Source: Candidatus Eiseniibacteriota bacterium
GTDB lineage: Bacteria; Eisenbacteria; RBG-16-71-46; CAVPCR01
Reading direction: 5' to 3'
Assembly: GCA_963702435.1 (NCBI GenBank)
Contig: CAVPCR010000002.1
Span: 224,001-288,000, forward strand
Length of the DNA stretch: 64,000 nucleotides
In this document: positions 10,347 to 20,248 of the stretch, piece by piece
Layout of the letters: each line of letters opens with the position of its first letter
How positions within the stretch are numbered: position 1 is the stretch's first letter
Translations under genes and position numbers: made by a program
Notes under the pieces: model-generated
Seen by the model: only the letters and a program-made list of their open reading frames with translations
What the model was told of the DNA's origin: nothing
Database searches by the model: none

Positions 10347-12445
10347 CTACCCGGTGAGCTGCACGTCGGCGGCGCTGCGCGCTTGCGCGCCGTGGCGCGC
10401 CACGGCGCGCGCAAGGGCCGGATGCGCGGCCAGCGTGGCGTCGGCGGTGAGGATCTCCTCGGCCGCAGCGCGGGCGCCCGCGATGAGATCGCGATCGCCG
10501 ATGAGACTCGCCACGCGAAAGGCGCCGAAGCCATGCTGCGCTTCACCGGTGAGCGCCCCGGTCCGCGCGCCGCGAGATCGAGCTCGGCCACCGCGAAGCC
10601 ATCCTCGGTGCCGGCGAACGCATCGATCCGCGCGCGCACGTCCGGCTCGAGCGCGGGATCGACGAGCAGGATCGCCTCGGCCGCCTGCTCGCCGCGACCC
10701 ACGCGCCCGCGCAGCTGATGGAGCTGCGAGAGACCGAAGCGCTCCGGATGCTCGATCACGATGACCGTGACCGTGGACACGTCGACCCCCACCTCGACCA
10801 CGGTCGTGGCCACCAGCAACCGGGTGGCGCCGCGCCTGAACTCCGCCATCGCCGCCTCCTTGGCCCGCGCATCGAGGCGCCCGTGCACGAGGCCGACCGG
10901 ATAGCGTCCGAGGAGCGGATGGGCCTTGAGCTCGCGCGCGCGCGCGGTGGCCGCCGCGAGCTCGCTCGCGGGATCTTCCTCGACGCGCGGGGTGACAACG
11001 AAGGCCTGCTCGCCGCGCGCCAGGCGCTCGGCGAGAGAAGCGTAGACCTCCGCGCGGCGCGCGGTCTCGATCACCCGCGTGCGTGCCGGCCGGCGCCCCG
11101 GTGGCCGCTCCGCGACCAGGCTCAGGTCGAGATCCCCGAACACGGTGAGGGCGAGACTGCGCGGGATCGGAGTCGCCGTCATCACCAGGAGATCGGGCAG
11201 CACGCCCTTGGCCGCGAGCGCCGCCCGCTCGTTCACGCCGAAACGATGCTGCTCGTCGACCACCACGAGACCGAGCCGGCGGAAGCGCACGTCGGCCGAG
11301 AAGAGGGCGTGGGTGCCGATGGCGAGCTCGCCGTCACCCCGCCCGAGTGCCGCAAGCAGTTCCCTGCGTTCGCGAGTTCCTGCGGCACCGGTGAGGAGAA
11401 CCGGTCGAACGCCGGGCAGGAGGCGGAGCGCGGTGCGCATGTGCTGCTGGGCCAGGATCTCGGTCGGCGCCATGATCGCCGCCTGCTGTCCCGAATCGAT
11501 GGCGGCGAGCGCCGCCAGGAAGGCGACCACCGTCTTCCCCGAACCGACCTCCCCTTCGAGGAGCCGGTGCATCGGGCTCGGTGCCGCCATGTCGGCGAGG
11601 ATCTCGGAGAGGACTCGCTCCTGGGCCGCAGTGAGGGTGAAGGGCAGTGCTGCCCGCGCCGCCGTGAAACGCGGTCCGGGCCGCTGCGCGAATCCGGGGA
11701 GCTCGCGCCGCCGCCGCCGCCGCTCCCAGCCGAGCGCGATGAAGAGCTCGAGGAACTCGTCGAAGGCCAGCCGCCGCCGGGCACCGGCCGCTGCCGCGAG
11801 GGTCGGCGGCGCGTGCACGGTCGTCAGAGCCGACGCGAGCGGCATGAGCCCGTGCGCGGCGCGGAGCGCCTGAGGGAGCGTCTCCTCGCCGGCGGCCGCC
11901 AGCGGGAGCACCCGGCGGACGAGCTCGCGCAGCGTGCGCTGGCTCAGGCCCTCGGTGAGAGCGTAGATCGGAACGATACCGCCGGCGGGAGCGGCGCCGT
12001 CGTCCTCGGCCGCGAGCACTTCGACCTCGGGCGAGTTCATGGCGATCCGGTGCCGGAACGCGGCGACGTCTCCATAGAGGACGACGCGGCTCCCGGGTGC
12101 GAGGAGGCGCAGGAGATAGGGCTGTCCCCACCACACCACATCGAGAACCCCGCTCGCATCGCGGATGCGGGCGATCGTGTCCGGACGGCTTCGCGGTCGC
12201 CGGCGCGCGGTGGCCCGCTCGACCGTGCCCACGATGAGGGCCGGCCGGCCCGGTTCGAGGTCGGCGATGCGCGCGACCGCCGTGCGATCGGAATAGGCGC
12301 GCGGCACGGTGAGGAGCAGATCCCGCAACGTGCCGATCCCGAGCCGGGCGAGGAGATCCGCCCGCCTGGGACCGACCCCTTTCAGGAACCGGATCGGGGC
12401 GTCGAGGCCCGCCCCCTCGCCGCTCCGACCGTCCTCCCCGTCCAT
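10347..12445 (-). CDS. recG: ATP-dependent DNA helicase RecG, with 1-nt frameshift near 10556-10559 (probable assembly error)
   Basis: LKGVGPRRA, wedge domain, LEGEVGSGKT, APTEILAQQH, DEQHRFG, MTATPIPRSL, QLHQLRGRVGRG; adding one G restores RGPGALTGEAQHG and a stop at 10347. Confidence 0.92.
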
Positions 12446-12543
12446 GCCGGGGGGGACCGCACCCGGGGGACCGGCCGGCGCCACCGCCGCCCGGGGCCAG
12501 GCCACAGCGGCAACCGGGGTGCCCGGGGGGAGCGGCCCCGGGC

Positions 12544-12573
12544 TTGCGAGGCTCGCCCCGGCAGTGCTAGGAT
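12544..12573 (+). promoter_or_regulatory. Putative sigma70 promoter of rpmB
   Basis: TTGCGA-N18-TAGGAT with TGC extended -10. Confidence 0.55.
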
Positions 12574-12629
12574 CCTTCGCCTCTGACGTTCGCTTCTGCT
12601 TCACGCCGTCTCGATCAAGGAGTTCACGC

Positions 12630-12830
12630 ATGGCTCGTCGCTGCGACATCTGCGGCAAGGGCTCGGCCACGGGCAACCGGATCTCTCACGCTCACAATGT
12701 ATCGCACCGTACGTGGCGCCCGAACCTCAAGCGCGTCCGGGCCCAGGTCGAAGGCCGGGTCGCCCGCATCAAGGTGTGCACGCGCTGCCTCCGCTCGCAC
12801 CGCGTGCAGAAGGCCGCCCACAGCGCCTGA
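12630..12830 (+). CDS. rpmB: 50S ribosomal protein L28 (Cys-containing, zinc-binding type)
   Basis: MARRCDICGKG...GNRISHAHN...WRPNLKRV...VCTRCLRS; AAGGAG RBS. Confidence 0.97.
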   Translation: MARRCDICGKGSATGNRISHAHNVSHRTWRPNLKRVRAQVEGRVARIKVCTRCLRSHRVQKAAHSA

Positions 12831-13047
12831 TCCCGCCCGCGCCGGGAGTCTCCTCGCCCTCGAACGGCCCTGACGCGCGGAGACGCCTGCGGACCGCGCG
12901 TCCGCCGTCGATCCACCACCGCCCGCCCGTCCACGCACCCTTCGCCAGGCCGTCGCGCCTTGTCCCCCGCACCCGCCGTGGCTGTCCCCGCGCACGCCGC
13001 CGGCCGGCGGACCCGATCCGCCCGCAACAGCCCACTCCCCGCAGATG

Positions 13048-13142
13048 AAGAAAGGGCCCGGCACCCTCGGATGGAGTCGTTGCCGGGTGGGACGTGCCCC
13101 GTGTCCAACCCGCGCCTTCTCCCTCCTCAAGGGACCGGGCCC
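13048..13142 (-). terminator. Long imperfect hairpin with U-tract downstream of ftsZ (terminator and/or structured RNA)
   Basis: GGGCCCGG (13142-13135) pairs with CCGGGCCC (13061-13054), nested internal stems, then TTTCTT on minus strand. Confidence 0.55.
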
Positions 13143-13205
13143 AAATCGCTCGCGCCGGCGCGGCGCGCTCACTGTGACGGCGATCGTCTGTCTCGGACCT
13201 GCCTC

Positions 13206-14393
13206 CTACTCGGCGTGCTTCCGCATGAACGCTGGCACGTCCAGGTTCTCGTTGACCGCAGGGACCGGAGCCGGCGAGGCCTGCGCCCGGCCGAAGCCCG
13301 CCACCGCCCGCCGTGACCAGGCCGGCGTCTCGAGGATGCGCGACTCGTCAGGGAAGGAGGCCGGCTCGATGATGCGCGCCTCGCGGCGCGGCGCGGCGGC
13401 CGCGCTCACCACGAGCGGCCGCTCCCGTGGCGGATTCATCGCGAAACCGGTGGCGATCACCGTGACCGTCAGCTCGCCCTCGGCCTCCGGATCGATCACC
13501 GCGCCGAAGATCACATTCGCGTCTTCTCCGGCCGCCTCGAGGATCGCGGTCGCCGCCTCGTCCACCTCGTGCAGGGTGAGGTCCTTGCCGCCGGTGATGT
13601 TGACGAGGATGGCCTCGGCGCCCGTGATGGAGATGTTGTCGAGGAGCGGGCTCGAGATGGCGGCCAGGGCCGCCTCGGTCGCCCGCCGCTCGCCCGAGCC
13701 GCGCCCGGTGCCCATCAGCGCGTTCCCGCGCGACTGCATCACGGTCCGCACGTCGGCGAAGTCGAGGTTGACGAGCCCCGGCACGGTGATGAGATCGCTG
13801 ATCCCGCGCGTCGCCTCGAGCAACACCTGATCGGCGACCTCGAACGCCCGCTCGACCGGAGTCTCGCGCGCTACAACTTGCAGAAGCCGATCGTTGGGAA
13901 TGGTGATCAGGGTGTCCACCTTCTCGCGGAGTTCCTCGAGGCCCTGCTCAGCCTGCTGGCGGCGGCGGCGGCCCTCGAAGGTGAACGGGCGGGTGACCAC
14001 GGCGACGGTGAGCGCCCCCTGCTCGCGGGCGATCTCGGCGATCACGGGGGCGGCGCCGGTGCCGGTCCCGCCGCCCATGCCGCCGGTCACGAAGACCATG
14101 TCGGCTCCCTCGAGGATCTCGGCCAGGGCGTCGGCGTCTTCCTGCGCGGCCCGGCGGCCCACCTCGGGGTCGCCGCCGGCGCCGAGACCCTTGGTCAGGT
14201 TGCGCCCGATCTGCACCTTATTCAGGGCATTCGACTCGGCGAGCACCTGGGCGTCGGTGTTGGCCACGATGAAGTCCACGCCGGTGAGACTCGACGAGAT
14301 CATGCGGTTCACGGCGTTGCCGCCGGCACCACCCACGCCGATCACCTTGAGGGTCGCGAAGCGCTTGTGCTCCACATCGAACTCGAAAGGCAT
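13206..14393 (-). CDS. ftsZ: Cell division protein FtsZ
   Basis: [31 protein letters not shown]-terminal LDVPAFMRK. Confidence 0.99.
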   Translation of the reverse strand: MPFEFDVEHKRFATLKVIGVGGAGGNAVNRMISSSLTGVDFIVANTDAQVLAESNALNKVQIGRNLTKGLGAGGDPEVGRRAAQEDADALAEILEGADMVFVTGGMGGGTGTGAAPVIAEIAREQGALTVAVVTRPFTFEGRRRRQQAEQGLEELREKVDTLITIPNDRLLQVVARETPVERAFEVADQVLLEATRGISDLITVPGLVNLDFADVRTVMQSRGNALMGTGRGSGERRATEAALAAISSPLLDNISITGAEAILVNITGGKDLTLHEVDEAATAILEAAGEDANVIFGAVIDPEAEGELTVTVIATGFAMNPPRERPLVVSAAAAPRREARIIEPASFPDESRILETPAWSRRAVAGFGRAQASPAPVPAVNENLDVPAFMRKHAE

Positions 14394-14447
14394 CTCGCTC
14401 GTCTCCTCGGCTGATCTCGCCTGCGCAAGCCCAGCGCACCAAACGGC

Positions 14448-15695
14448 CTAGTAGAACTGGGCGACGAGATTCTTGAGTCTACTCCCCACCTTGTCAACAA
14501 GAGATTCAACCGGTCGGCAATTTTCTGCCGCATGCCCGGCGGCGTAGCGCACGAGACCGACCGCGGTCGCGAACATCGGATGATCGAGCGCGATCGCCGC
14601 CGATCCGAACGGGTGCGGATTGCCGCGGCGGGCCGGCATGGCGAAGATCTCCTCGGCCAGCTCGACCACGCCGCGCATGGCGGAGGTGCCGCCGGTGACG
14701 ACCACGCCCGAGCCGAGGAAATCGGCACAGCCCGTCCGCTTCACCTCGCGATAGGCGAGCGTGAGGATCTCCTCGACGCGCGGCTCGATCATCTCCGACA
14801 TGGTCTGGCGCGGGATCGGGGTCTCCTCGCGGCCGCCCACGCCGGGCACAGCCACCATCTCGCCGGCCGGCGTGAGCGCGGCCATGGCGCAGCCGGCCTC
14901 GAGCTTGAGCCGTTCGGCCCGCTCGAGGGGCGTGCGCAGCCCGATCGCCAGATCGGAGGTGATGTTGGCGCCGCCGAGGCCGATCACGGCCGTATGTCGG
15001 ATCGCGCCCTGATGGAAGACGGCGATGTCGGTCGTGCCTCCCCCGATGTCGAGGAGGACGACACCCAGGTCCTCCTCGTCCGCGGTGAGAACGGCCCGCG
15101 CCGAGGCCAGGGGCTGCAGCACGAGCTCCTCCACCCGGAGATCGGCCCGCTCGATGGCGCGGGTCAAGTTGCGGGCGGCCGCGGTGGCGCCGGTGATGAT
15201 GTGGACCTCGGCCTCCAGGCGCACGCCGCACATGCCGACCGGCTCCTTGATGCCGCGCTGGGAGTCCACCACGAACTCCTGCGGCACGACGTGAATAATC
15301 TCGCGATCGGCGGGAATGGCGACCGCACGGGCCGCCTCCACCACGCGCCGCACGTCCCCGGGCCCGATCTCGTGATCCCGGCCGGCCACGGCGATCACGC
15401 CGCGCGAGTTGAGGGAACGGATGTGGTCGCCGGCGATGCCGGCCACGACCGACCTGACGCGCACCTGGGCCATGCGCTCGGCGGCCTCGACCGCGCGCGA
15501 GATGGCCGCCGCCGTCCGGTCCAGGTCGACCACGACCCCGCGCCGGAGGCCGTCCGCCGGCGCGGTGCCCACACCCAGAATCTGGATGGACTCGGGGTTG
15601 GCGAGGTCGGCGATGAGCGCCGTCGCCTTGGTCGTCCCGATGTCGAGACCACAGAACACCAACGATTCGGACACGCGCGACACCTCCAGCATCAC
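14448..15695 (-). CDS. ftsA: Cell division protein FtsA
   Basis: GLDIGTTK, LDIGGGTTDIA, VVTGGTS, FATAVGL, C-terminal amphipathic helix. Confidence 0.98.
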   Translation of the reverse strand: MMLEVSRVSESLVFCGLDIGTTKATALIADLANPESIQILGVGTAPADGLRRGVVVDLDRTAAAISRAVEAAERMAQVRVRSVVAGIAGDHIRSLNSRGVIAVAGRDHEIGPGDVRRVVEAARAVAIPADREIIHVVPQEFVVDSQRGIKEPVGMCGVRLEAEVHIITGATAAARNLTRAIERADLRVEELVLQPLASARAVLTADEEDLGVVLLDIGGGTTDIAVFHQGAIRHTAVIGLGGANITSDLAIGLRTPLERAERLKLEAGCAMAALTPAGEMVAVPGVGGREETPIPRQTMSEMIEPRVEEILTLAYREVKRTGCADFLGSGVVVTGGTSAMRGVVELAEEIFAMPARRGNPHPFGSAAIALDHPMFATAVGLVRYAAGHAAENCRPVESLVDKVGSRLKNLVAQFY

Positions 15696-16561
15696 ATGAG
15701 ATCGCGAACGACGAGCTGCCCTTCGAAGCGAAGATCCACCTCGACGTTCGACCTTCCTCTCAGGTCCAGGTCCTTGAGCACCGTGCGCAGGCCGGAGAGC
15801 TTGGCTGCGGTGAGCGAGCGCGCGTGCGCGACGATCACCTGCGGCCGGCCGACCAGATGGATGCGCCAGAGCGGGCTCCGGCGCAGATCGATCTCGGAGA
15901 TCATGGCCGAGAAGCCGGGATCGGTCCGGGTCACCTCGGCGACGAGCCGGAGCGCGTCGCGGAGCGCCGGGGACTTGATCTCCGACCCCGGGGCCGGGAG
16001 GCGGCCCCCGCCTCCGGTCAGCACCGGGAGATCGGGCAGCGCCGCCCGCTCGACCGGGGGCAGCGCGACACCGTCGGCATCCACCTCGATGAACATGCCG
16101 GCCTCGACCAGGGCGATCGGCTCCCGCTCCTCGACCTCGACCACGAGACGGCGATCGAGGCCGCGACTGACCCGCGCGGCGCGGATCCGCGGATGGGTTG
16201 CGAGCTGGACCTCCAGATCGTCGGGGTGCACGTCGAAGAGGCTCGCTCCGTCCAGCTCTCCGAGATGGGCGAGCACGGTCTGCTCGCTCAGATAGGACGT
16301 GCCCCGCACCTTCACCCCGCGCACCGCGAAGAACTGCGACTCGGTGGCCAGTTCGGCGGCGGCATTGGCGAGGAACGCGAGCCCGCCGAGAGCCGCCGCT
16401 CCGCAGAGGGCGAGCACCACCTGCCGGAGCCGGCCGCGATGGCCCGGCCGCCCGTGGTAGCGCGGCGCTAAGCCACGCTGGGACATGGAACCGGACGCGC
16501 GTTCTCGAGTGAAGCTGGAAGGGCGGCGCAGCCGCCGCCGGAGTTTCTGGATGAGCCCCAT
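15692..16561 (-). CDS. ftsQ: Cell division protein FtsQ/DivIB
   Basis: Single TM, POTRA (VKVRGTSYLS...HPRIRAARVSR...VEEREPIA), VDLRFEGQLVVR; position before ftsA. Confidence 0.9.
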   Translation of the reverse strand: MGLIQKLRRRLRRPSSFTRERASGSMSQRGLAPRYHGRPGHRGRLRQVVLALCGAAALGGLAFLANAAAELATESQFFAVRGVKVRGTSYLSEQTVLAHLGELDGASLFDVHPDDLEVQLATHPRIRAARVSRGLDRRLVVEVEEREPIALVEAGMFIEVDADGVALPPVERAALPDLPVLTGGGGRLPAPGSEIKSPALRDALRLVAEVTRTDPGFSAMISEIDLRRSPLWRIHLVGRPQVIVAHARSLTAAKLSGLRTVLKDLDLRGRSNVEVDLRFEGQLVVRDLM

Positions 16562-16575
16562 CCGCGAGTCCCCCC

Positions 16576-17514
16576 TCACCTCGATGCGAGCCCCACGAGC
16601 TCGACTTCGAGCTCGAGCTCGATCCCGTGCACCGCGTGCACGCGCTCGCGCACGCGGTCGATGAGGGCGAGCACCTGGTCGGCGGTGGCGCCCCCCGTGT
16701 TGACGATGAAGTTGGCGTGCACCGGCGACACCTGGGCGCCCCCCACCTCGACTCCCTTCAGGCCGGCCTCGTCGATGAGCCGGCTGGCGTGGGCGCCGGG
16801 CGGGTTCTTGAACACGCACCCGGCCGAGGCGGCGCCGAGCGGCTGCGTGCGCCGGCGCTCCGCATGCCAGGCCTCCTCCCGCTCGCCGATCGCCGCCGGA
16901 TCCGCGGGCACGAGCCGCAGCCCCGCCTCGAGGATCACGATCGGCTCGGGGAAGCAGGCCCGGCGATAGCCCCAGACCACCTCGCCGGCCGCGAGGCGGA
17001 CCACGTCGCCCGCCTGGTTGACGCCGACGATCCACTCGGCGACCTCCGACATCTCGTGCTGCCAGGCCCCGGCGTTCATCCGCAGCGATCCGCCGAGCGA
17101 CCCTGGAATGCCGCCCGCGAACTCGAGACCGGAGAGCCCCGCGCTTCGCGCGCGGCGCATGAGCTCCGGCAAGGTGCGCCCGGCATCGGCGGCGAGGCGA
17201 TCCGCCTCGACCGCGATGGGGGCGAGACCCGAGCCGATCTTGACCGCCACCCCGCGGAATCCGGCCTCGGCCACCAGCATGTTGGACCCGGCTCCGATCG
17301 GCAGGAGCGGCACGCCGGCGCGGCGCGCGGCGACAACCGCCGCCTCGAGCCCCGCGCGCGTGCGCGGCACGAGCACGAGATCCGCCGGACCGCCGATGCG
17401 GAAGGTGGTGTACGGGCCGAGCGGCGCGCGCGCCCACGCCTCCACCTCCGGCAGGCGGTAGAGCGCATCCGGGATGATCGCCGGCTGCGTTCCGATGAGG
17501 TCGGTCTCGCGCAC
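16576..17514 (-). CDS. murB: UDP-N-acetylenolpyruvoylglucosamine reductase
   Basis: TTFRIGGPAD, GAGSNMLV, GIPGSLGGSLRMNAGA, SAGCVFKNP, HANFIVN; GTG 17514 with GAGGAG RBS. Confidence 0.97.
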   Translation of the reverse strand: MRETDLIGTQPAIIPDALYRLPEVEAWARAPLGPYTTFRIGGPADLVLVPRTRAGLEAAVVAARRAGVPLLPIGAGSNMLVAEAGFRGVAVKIGSGLAPIAVEADRLAADAGRTLPELMRRARSAGLSGLEFAGGIPGSLGGSLRMNAGAWQHEMSEVAEWIVGVNQAGDVVRLAAGEVVWGYRRACFPEPIVILEAGLRLVPADPAAIGEREEAWHAERRRTQPLGAASAGCVFKNPPGAHASRLIDEAGLKGVEVGGAQVSPVHANFIVNTGGATADQVLALIDRVRERVHAVHGIELELEVELVGLASR

Positions 17515-17525
17515 CGCGTCTCTCC

Positions 17526-18908
17526 TCAGACCTGAGCCGCCTGGCTCGCCGCGGTCAGCCAGGCCTCGCCGACCCGCCACACGTCGCCCGCCCCGAGCGT
17601 GAGCACGACATCGCCCGGCTTGACGAGCCGGGCCAGGAGGTCGCCGGCCGCCTCGAGATCGGCGGCGAGGGCGACCGGCACTCGCGAGGTCGCCTCGATC
17701 GCCGCGGCCACCCCCGCGGCGGCCACGCCCGGAATCGGCTTCTCCCCCGCCGCGTAGATGGGGGCCACGATCACCTGTCCGGCCGCCGCGAAGGCCCCGC
17801 CGATCTGCACGAGCAGGTCGCGCGTGCGGGTGTAGCGATGGGGCTGGAAGACGGCCACGAGGCGGCGCTCCGGCCACGTCGTATGGGCCGCCTCGAGCAC
17901 CGCCGCGATCTCGGTCGGATGGTGGCCGTAGTCGTCGACGAGGATCACCCCGCCCTGCTCGCCGCGGATGTCGAAGCGGCGAGCCACCCCGCCGAAGGCG
18001 GCGAGCCCGTCGCGGATGGCGGCGAACGGCAGGTTGAACTCCTGGCCGACGGCAAGCGCCGCCAGCGAGTTCAGGACGTTGTAGCGACCCGGCAGGGCCA
18101 GCTTGACCGGACCGAGCGGCGTCCCGTCCTTGAGAGCGACATAGCGCGACTCGAGCCCGTCGAGCGCGACGTCCACCGCGCGGAACTCGGCGTCGGGAGA
18201 GAAGCCGTAGGTCAGGACCCGCCGGCTCGCCGCGACCGCCAGCGCCCGCACCTCGGGGTCGTCCACGCACAGGACCGAGGCTCCGTAGAACGGCACGCGG
18301 TCGATGAAGGCGGCGAAGGCCGCGCGCAGCGCCTCCATGGTGCCGAAGTGATCCATGTGCTCGCGATCGATGTTGGTGACGACGCACACGGTCGGCAGGA
18401 GCTTCAGGAACGACCCATCCGACTCGTCGGCCTCGGCCACCAGGTAGGGCCCCGCCCCGAGCCGCGCTCCCGACTGGGCGGCGCGAATCCGCCCGCCGAC
18501 GACCACGGTCGGATCGAGGCCGCCCGTGGTCAGCACCGAGGCGATCATCGAGGTGGTCGTCGTCTTGCCGTGCGCGCCCGACACGGCCACCGCGTACTTG
18601 GTGCGCATGAGCTCGCCGAGCATCTCGGCGCGCGGAACGACCGGAATGCCGCGCTCCTCGGCCGCGGTCCGCTCCGGGTTCGAGCGTGCGATCGCGGAGG
18701 AGACGACGACGACGTCCGCGTCGCCCACGTTCTCGGCCGCGTGCCCCAGGTGGATGCGCCCGCCGAGCGTGCGCAGGCGGGCGAGGACGGGGCCGTCCTT
18801 CACGTCCGACCCCGACACCTCGTAGCCCAGCGTGAGGAGCACCTCGGCGATGCCCGACATGCCGACGCCGCCGATGCCGATGAGATGGATGCGCCGGGAC
18901 CGATACAT
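17526..18908 (-). CDS. murC: UDP-N-acetylmuramate--L-alanine ligase
   Basis: IHLIGIGGVGMSGIA, GAHGKTTTTSM, EADESDGSF, DDYGHHPTEI, FQPHRYTRT. Confidence 0.98.
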   Translation of the reverse strand: MYRSRRIHLIGIGGVGMSGIAEVLLTLGYEVSGSDVKDGPVLARLRTLGGRIHLGHAAENVGDADVVVVSSAIARSNPERTAAEERGIPVVPRAEMLGELMRTKYAVAVSGAHGKTTTTSMIASVLTTGGLDPTVVVGGRIRAAQSGARLGAGPYLVAEADESDGSFLKLLPTVCVVTNIDREHMDHFGTMEALRAAFAAFIDRVPFYGASVLCVDDPEVRALAVAASRRVLTYGFSPDAEFRAVDVALDGLESRYVALKDGTPLGPVKLALPGRYNVLNSLAALAVGQEFNLPFAAIRDGLAAFGGVARRFDIRGEQGGVILVDDYGHHPTEIAAVLEAAHTTWPERRLVAVFQPHRYTRTRDLLVQIGGAFAAAGQVIVAPIYAAGEKPIPGVAAAGVAAAIEATSRVPVALAADLEAAGDLLARLVKPGDVVLTLGAGDVWRVGEAWLTAASQAAQV

Positions 18909-20221
18909 CAACTCGTTCTCCCTGTCTCCCTCGTCCTGCTCCCGCTCTCCCGTTCCCGTGCGACCGCGCTCTCGCGGCCGTCGCTCGCTACCGTCCCGCC
19001 GCCCGCCGGGGCCGCCGCTCCGGCTCCGCCCTCGGCGCTCGTCGCCGACGGCCTCGGCCGTCCCCCCCGGCGCCCCGCGCCCGCCCCGCGCTCGCCGCGC
19101 GACGGACCGGCCGGGGCCCGGGGCGGCGCCGCTCCGGCCAGCCGCTCGATCGCGCGCGCCACCCGGTCCGCGGCGTCGGGCCGCGCCATCAGGCGGGCCC
19201 GCACCGCCATCCGCCGCACCTGGTGCTCGCTCATCACGAGGCGCCGGATGATGCGCGCCAGGCGTTTTCCGGTGAGCTCCTCGTCGCGGATCATCTCCGC
19301 CGCGCCCACCTGGACCAGCTTCTCCGCGTTCATCACCTGGTGATCGTCGGCCGCATGCGGATAGGGCACCAGGATCGCCGCGAGCCCGCAGGTCGTGATC
19401 TCGGCCACGGTCGTCGCGCCGGCCCGGCAGAGGACCAGATCGGCCATGCAGTAGGCATCGGCGATGTCGTCGAGGTAGGGCTCGACAACCGCGCGCACCT
19501 TCGACCTGGCGACCTCCTCCTTGACCCAGGCGTGATCCTCCTCGCCCGTCTGCAAGATCAGCTGGAGCTTCCGGATCTTCTCGAGGAGCGGCAACGCATC
19601 CACCACCGCCTGGTTCAGGCGCCGCGCGCCCCGGCTGCCGCCGAACACGAAGAGGGTGGTCTTGTCGAGGGCGAGGCCGAAACGCGCGGCGACCGGCACG
19701 CGATCGCGGCGCACGATCCCCTCGCGCACCGGGTTCCCCGTCAGCTTGAGGTTGTCCTTGCGCGGGAAGAAGCGGCGCGACTCCGAGAAGCTCAGATGCA
19801 CCTCGTTCACGAAGCGCGCGAGCAGGCGATTGGTGCGCCCCGGCACGCGGTTCTGCTCGAGCACGAGCGTCGGCTTCCGCATGACGCGCCCGGCGAGGAC
19901 GACCGGCGCCGAGGCATAGGCTCCGGTCCCGACGATCACGTCCGGCCGGAAGCGAAGGCAGATCAGGAGCGAGGAAACGAACCCCACGCCCTGGGCCAGG
20001 ACCCCGCGGACCATGGCCCAGGACGGCCGCGGCGGCACGGCCCGCGCCGCGATCGGCCGGAACGCGAAGCCGAGCGGCGGCAGCACGCGCTGCTCGATCC
20101 CGCGCCGCGTCCCCACGAACAGGATGTCGCAGTCGGCGTGACGCTGCTTGAGCCGCTGCGCCACGGCGATGCCTGGATAGAGATGTCCTCCGGTGCCGCC
20201 ACCGGCGATGAGCACGCGCAT
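18908..20221 (-). CDS. murG: MurG GlcNAc transferase, with ~70-aa low-complexity C-tail
   Basis: AGGGTGGHLYPG, EQNRVPGRTN, TGNPVR, GGSRGA, RAGATTVAE, HQVMNA. Confidence 0.97.
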   Translation of the reverse strand: MRVLIAGGGTGGHLYPGIAVAQRLKQRHADCDILFVGTRRGIEQRVLPPLGFAFRPIAARAVPPRPSWAMVRGVLAQGVGFVSSLLICLRFRPDVIVGTGAYASAPVVLAGRVMRKPTLVLEQNRVPGRTNRLLARFVNEVHLSFSESRRFFPRKDNLKLTGNPVREGIVRRDRVPVAARFGLALDKTTLFVFGGSRGARRLNQAVVDALPLLEKIRKLQLILQTGEEDHAWVKEEVARSKVRAVVEPYLDDIADAYCMADLVLCRAGATTVAEITTCGLAAILVPYPHAADDHQVMNAEKLVQVGAAEMIRDEELTGKRLARIIRRLVMSEHQVRRMAVRARLMARPDAADRVARAIERLAGAAPPRAPAGPSRGERGAGAGRRGGRPRPSATSAEGGAGAAAPAGGGTVASDGRESAVARERESGSRTRETGRTS

Positions 20222-20248
20222 GTCAAGCCACAAGAGCCTGAAGTCCCC

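Noticed and set aside
13054..13142. SRP (4.5S) or 6S RNA
   Set aside because: No CAGG...GGAA...AGCA domain IV motif and too short for 6S; kept only as an unassigned hairpin.
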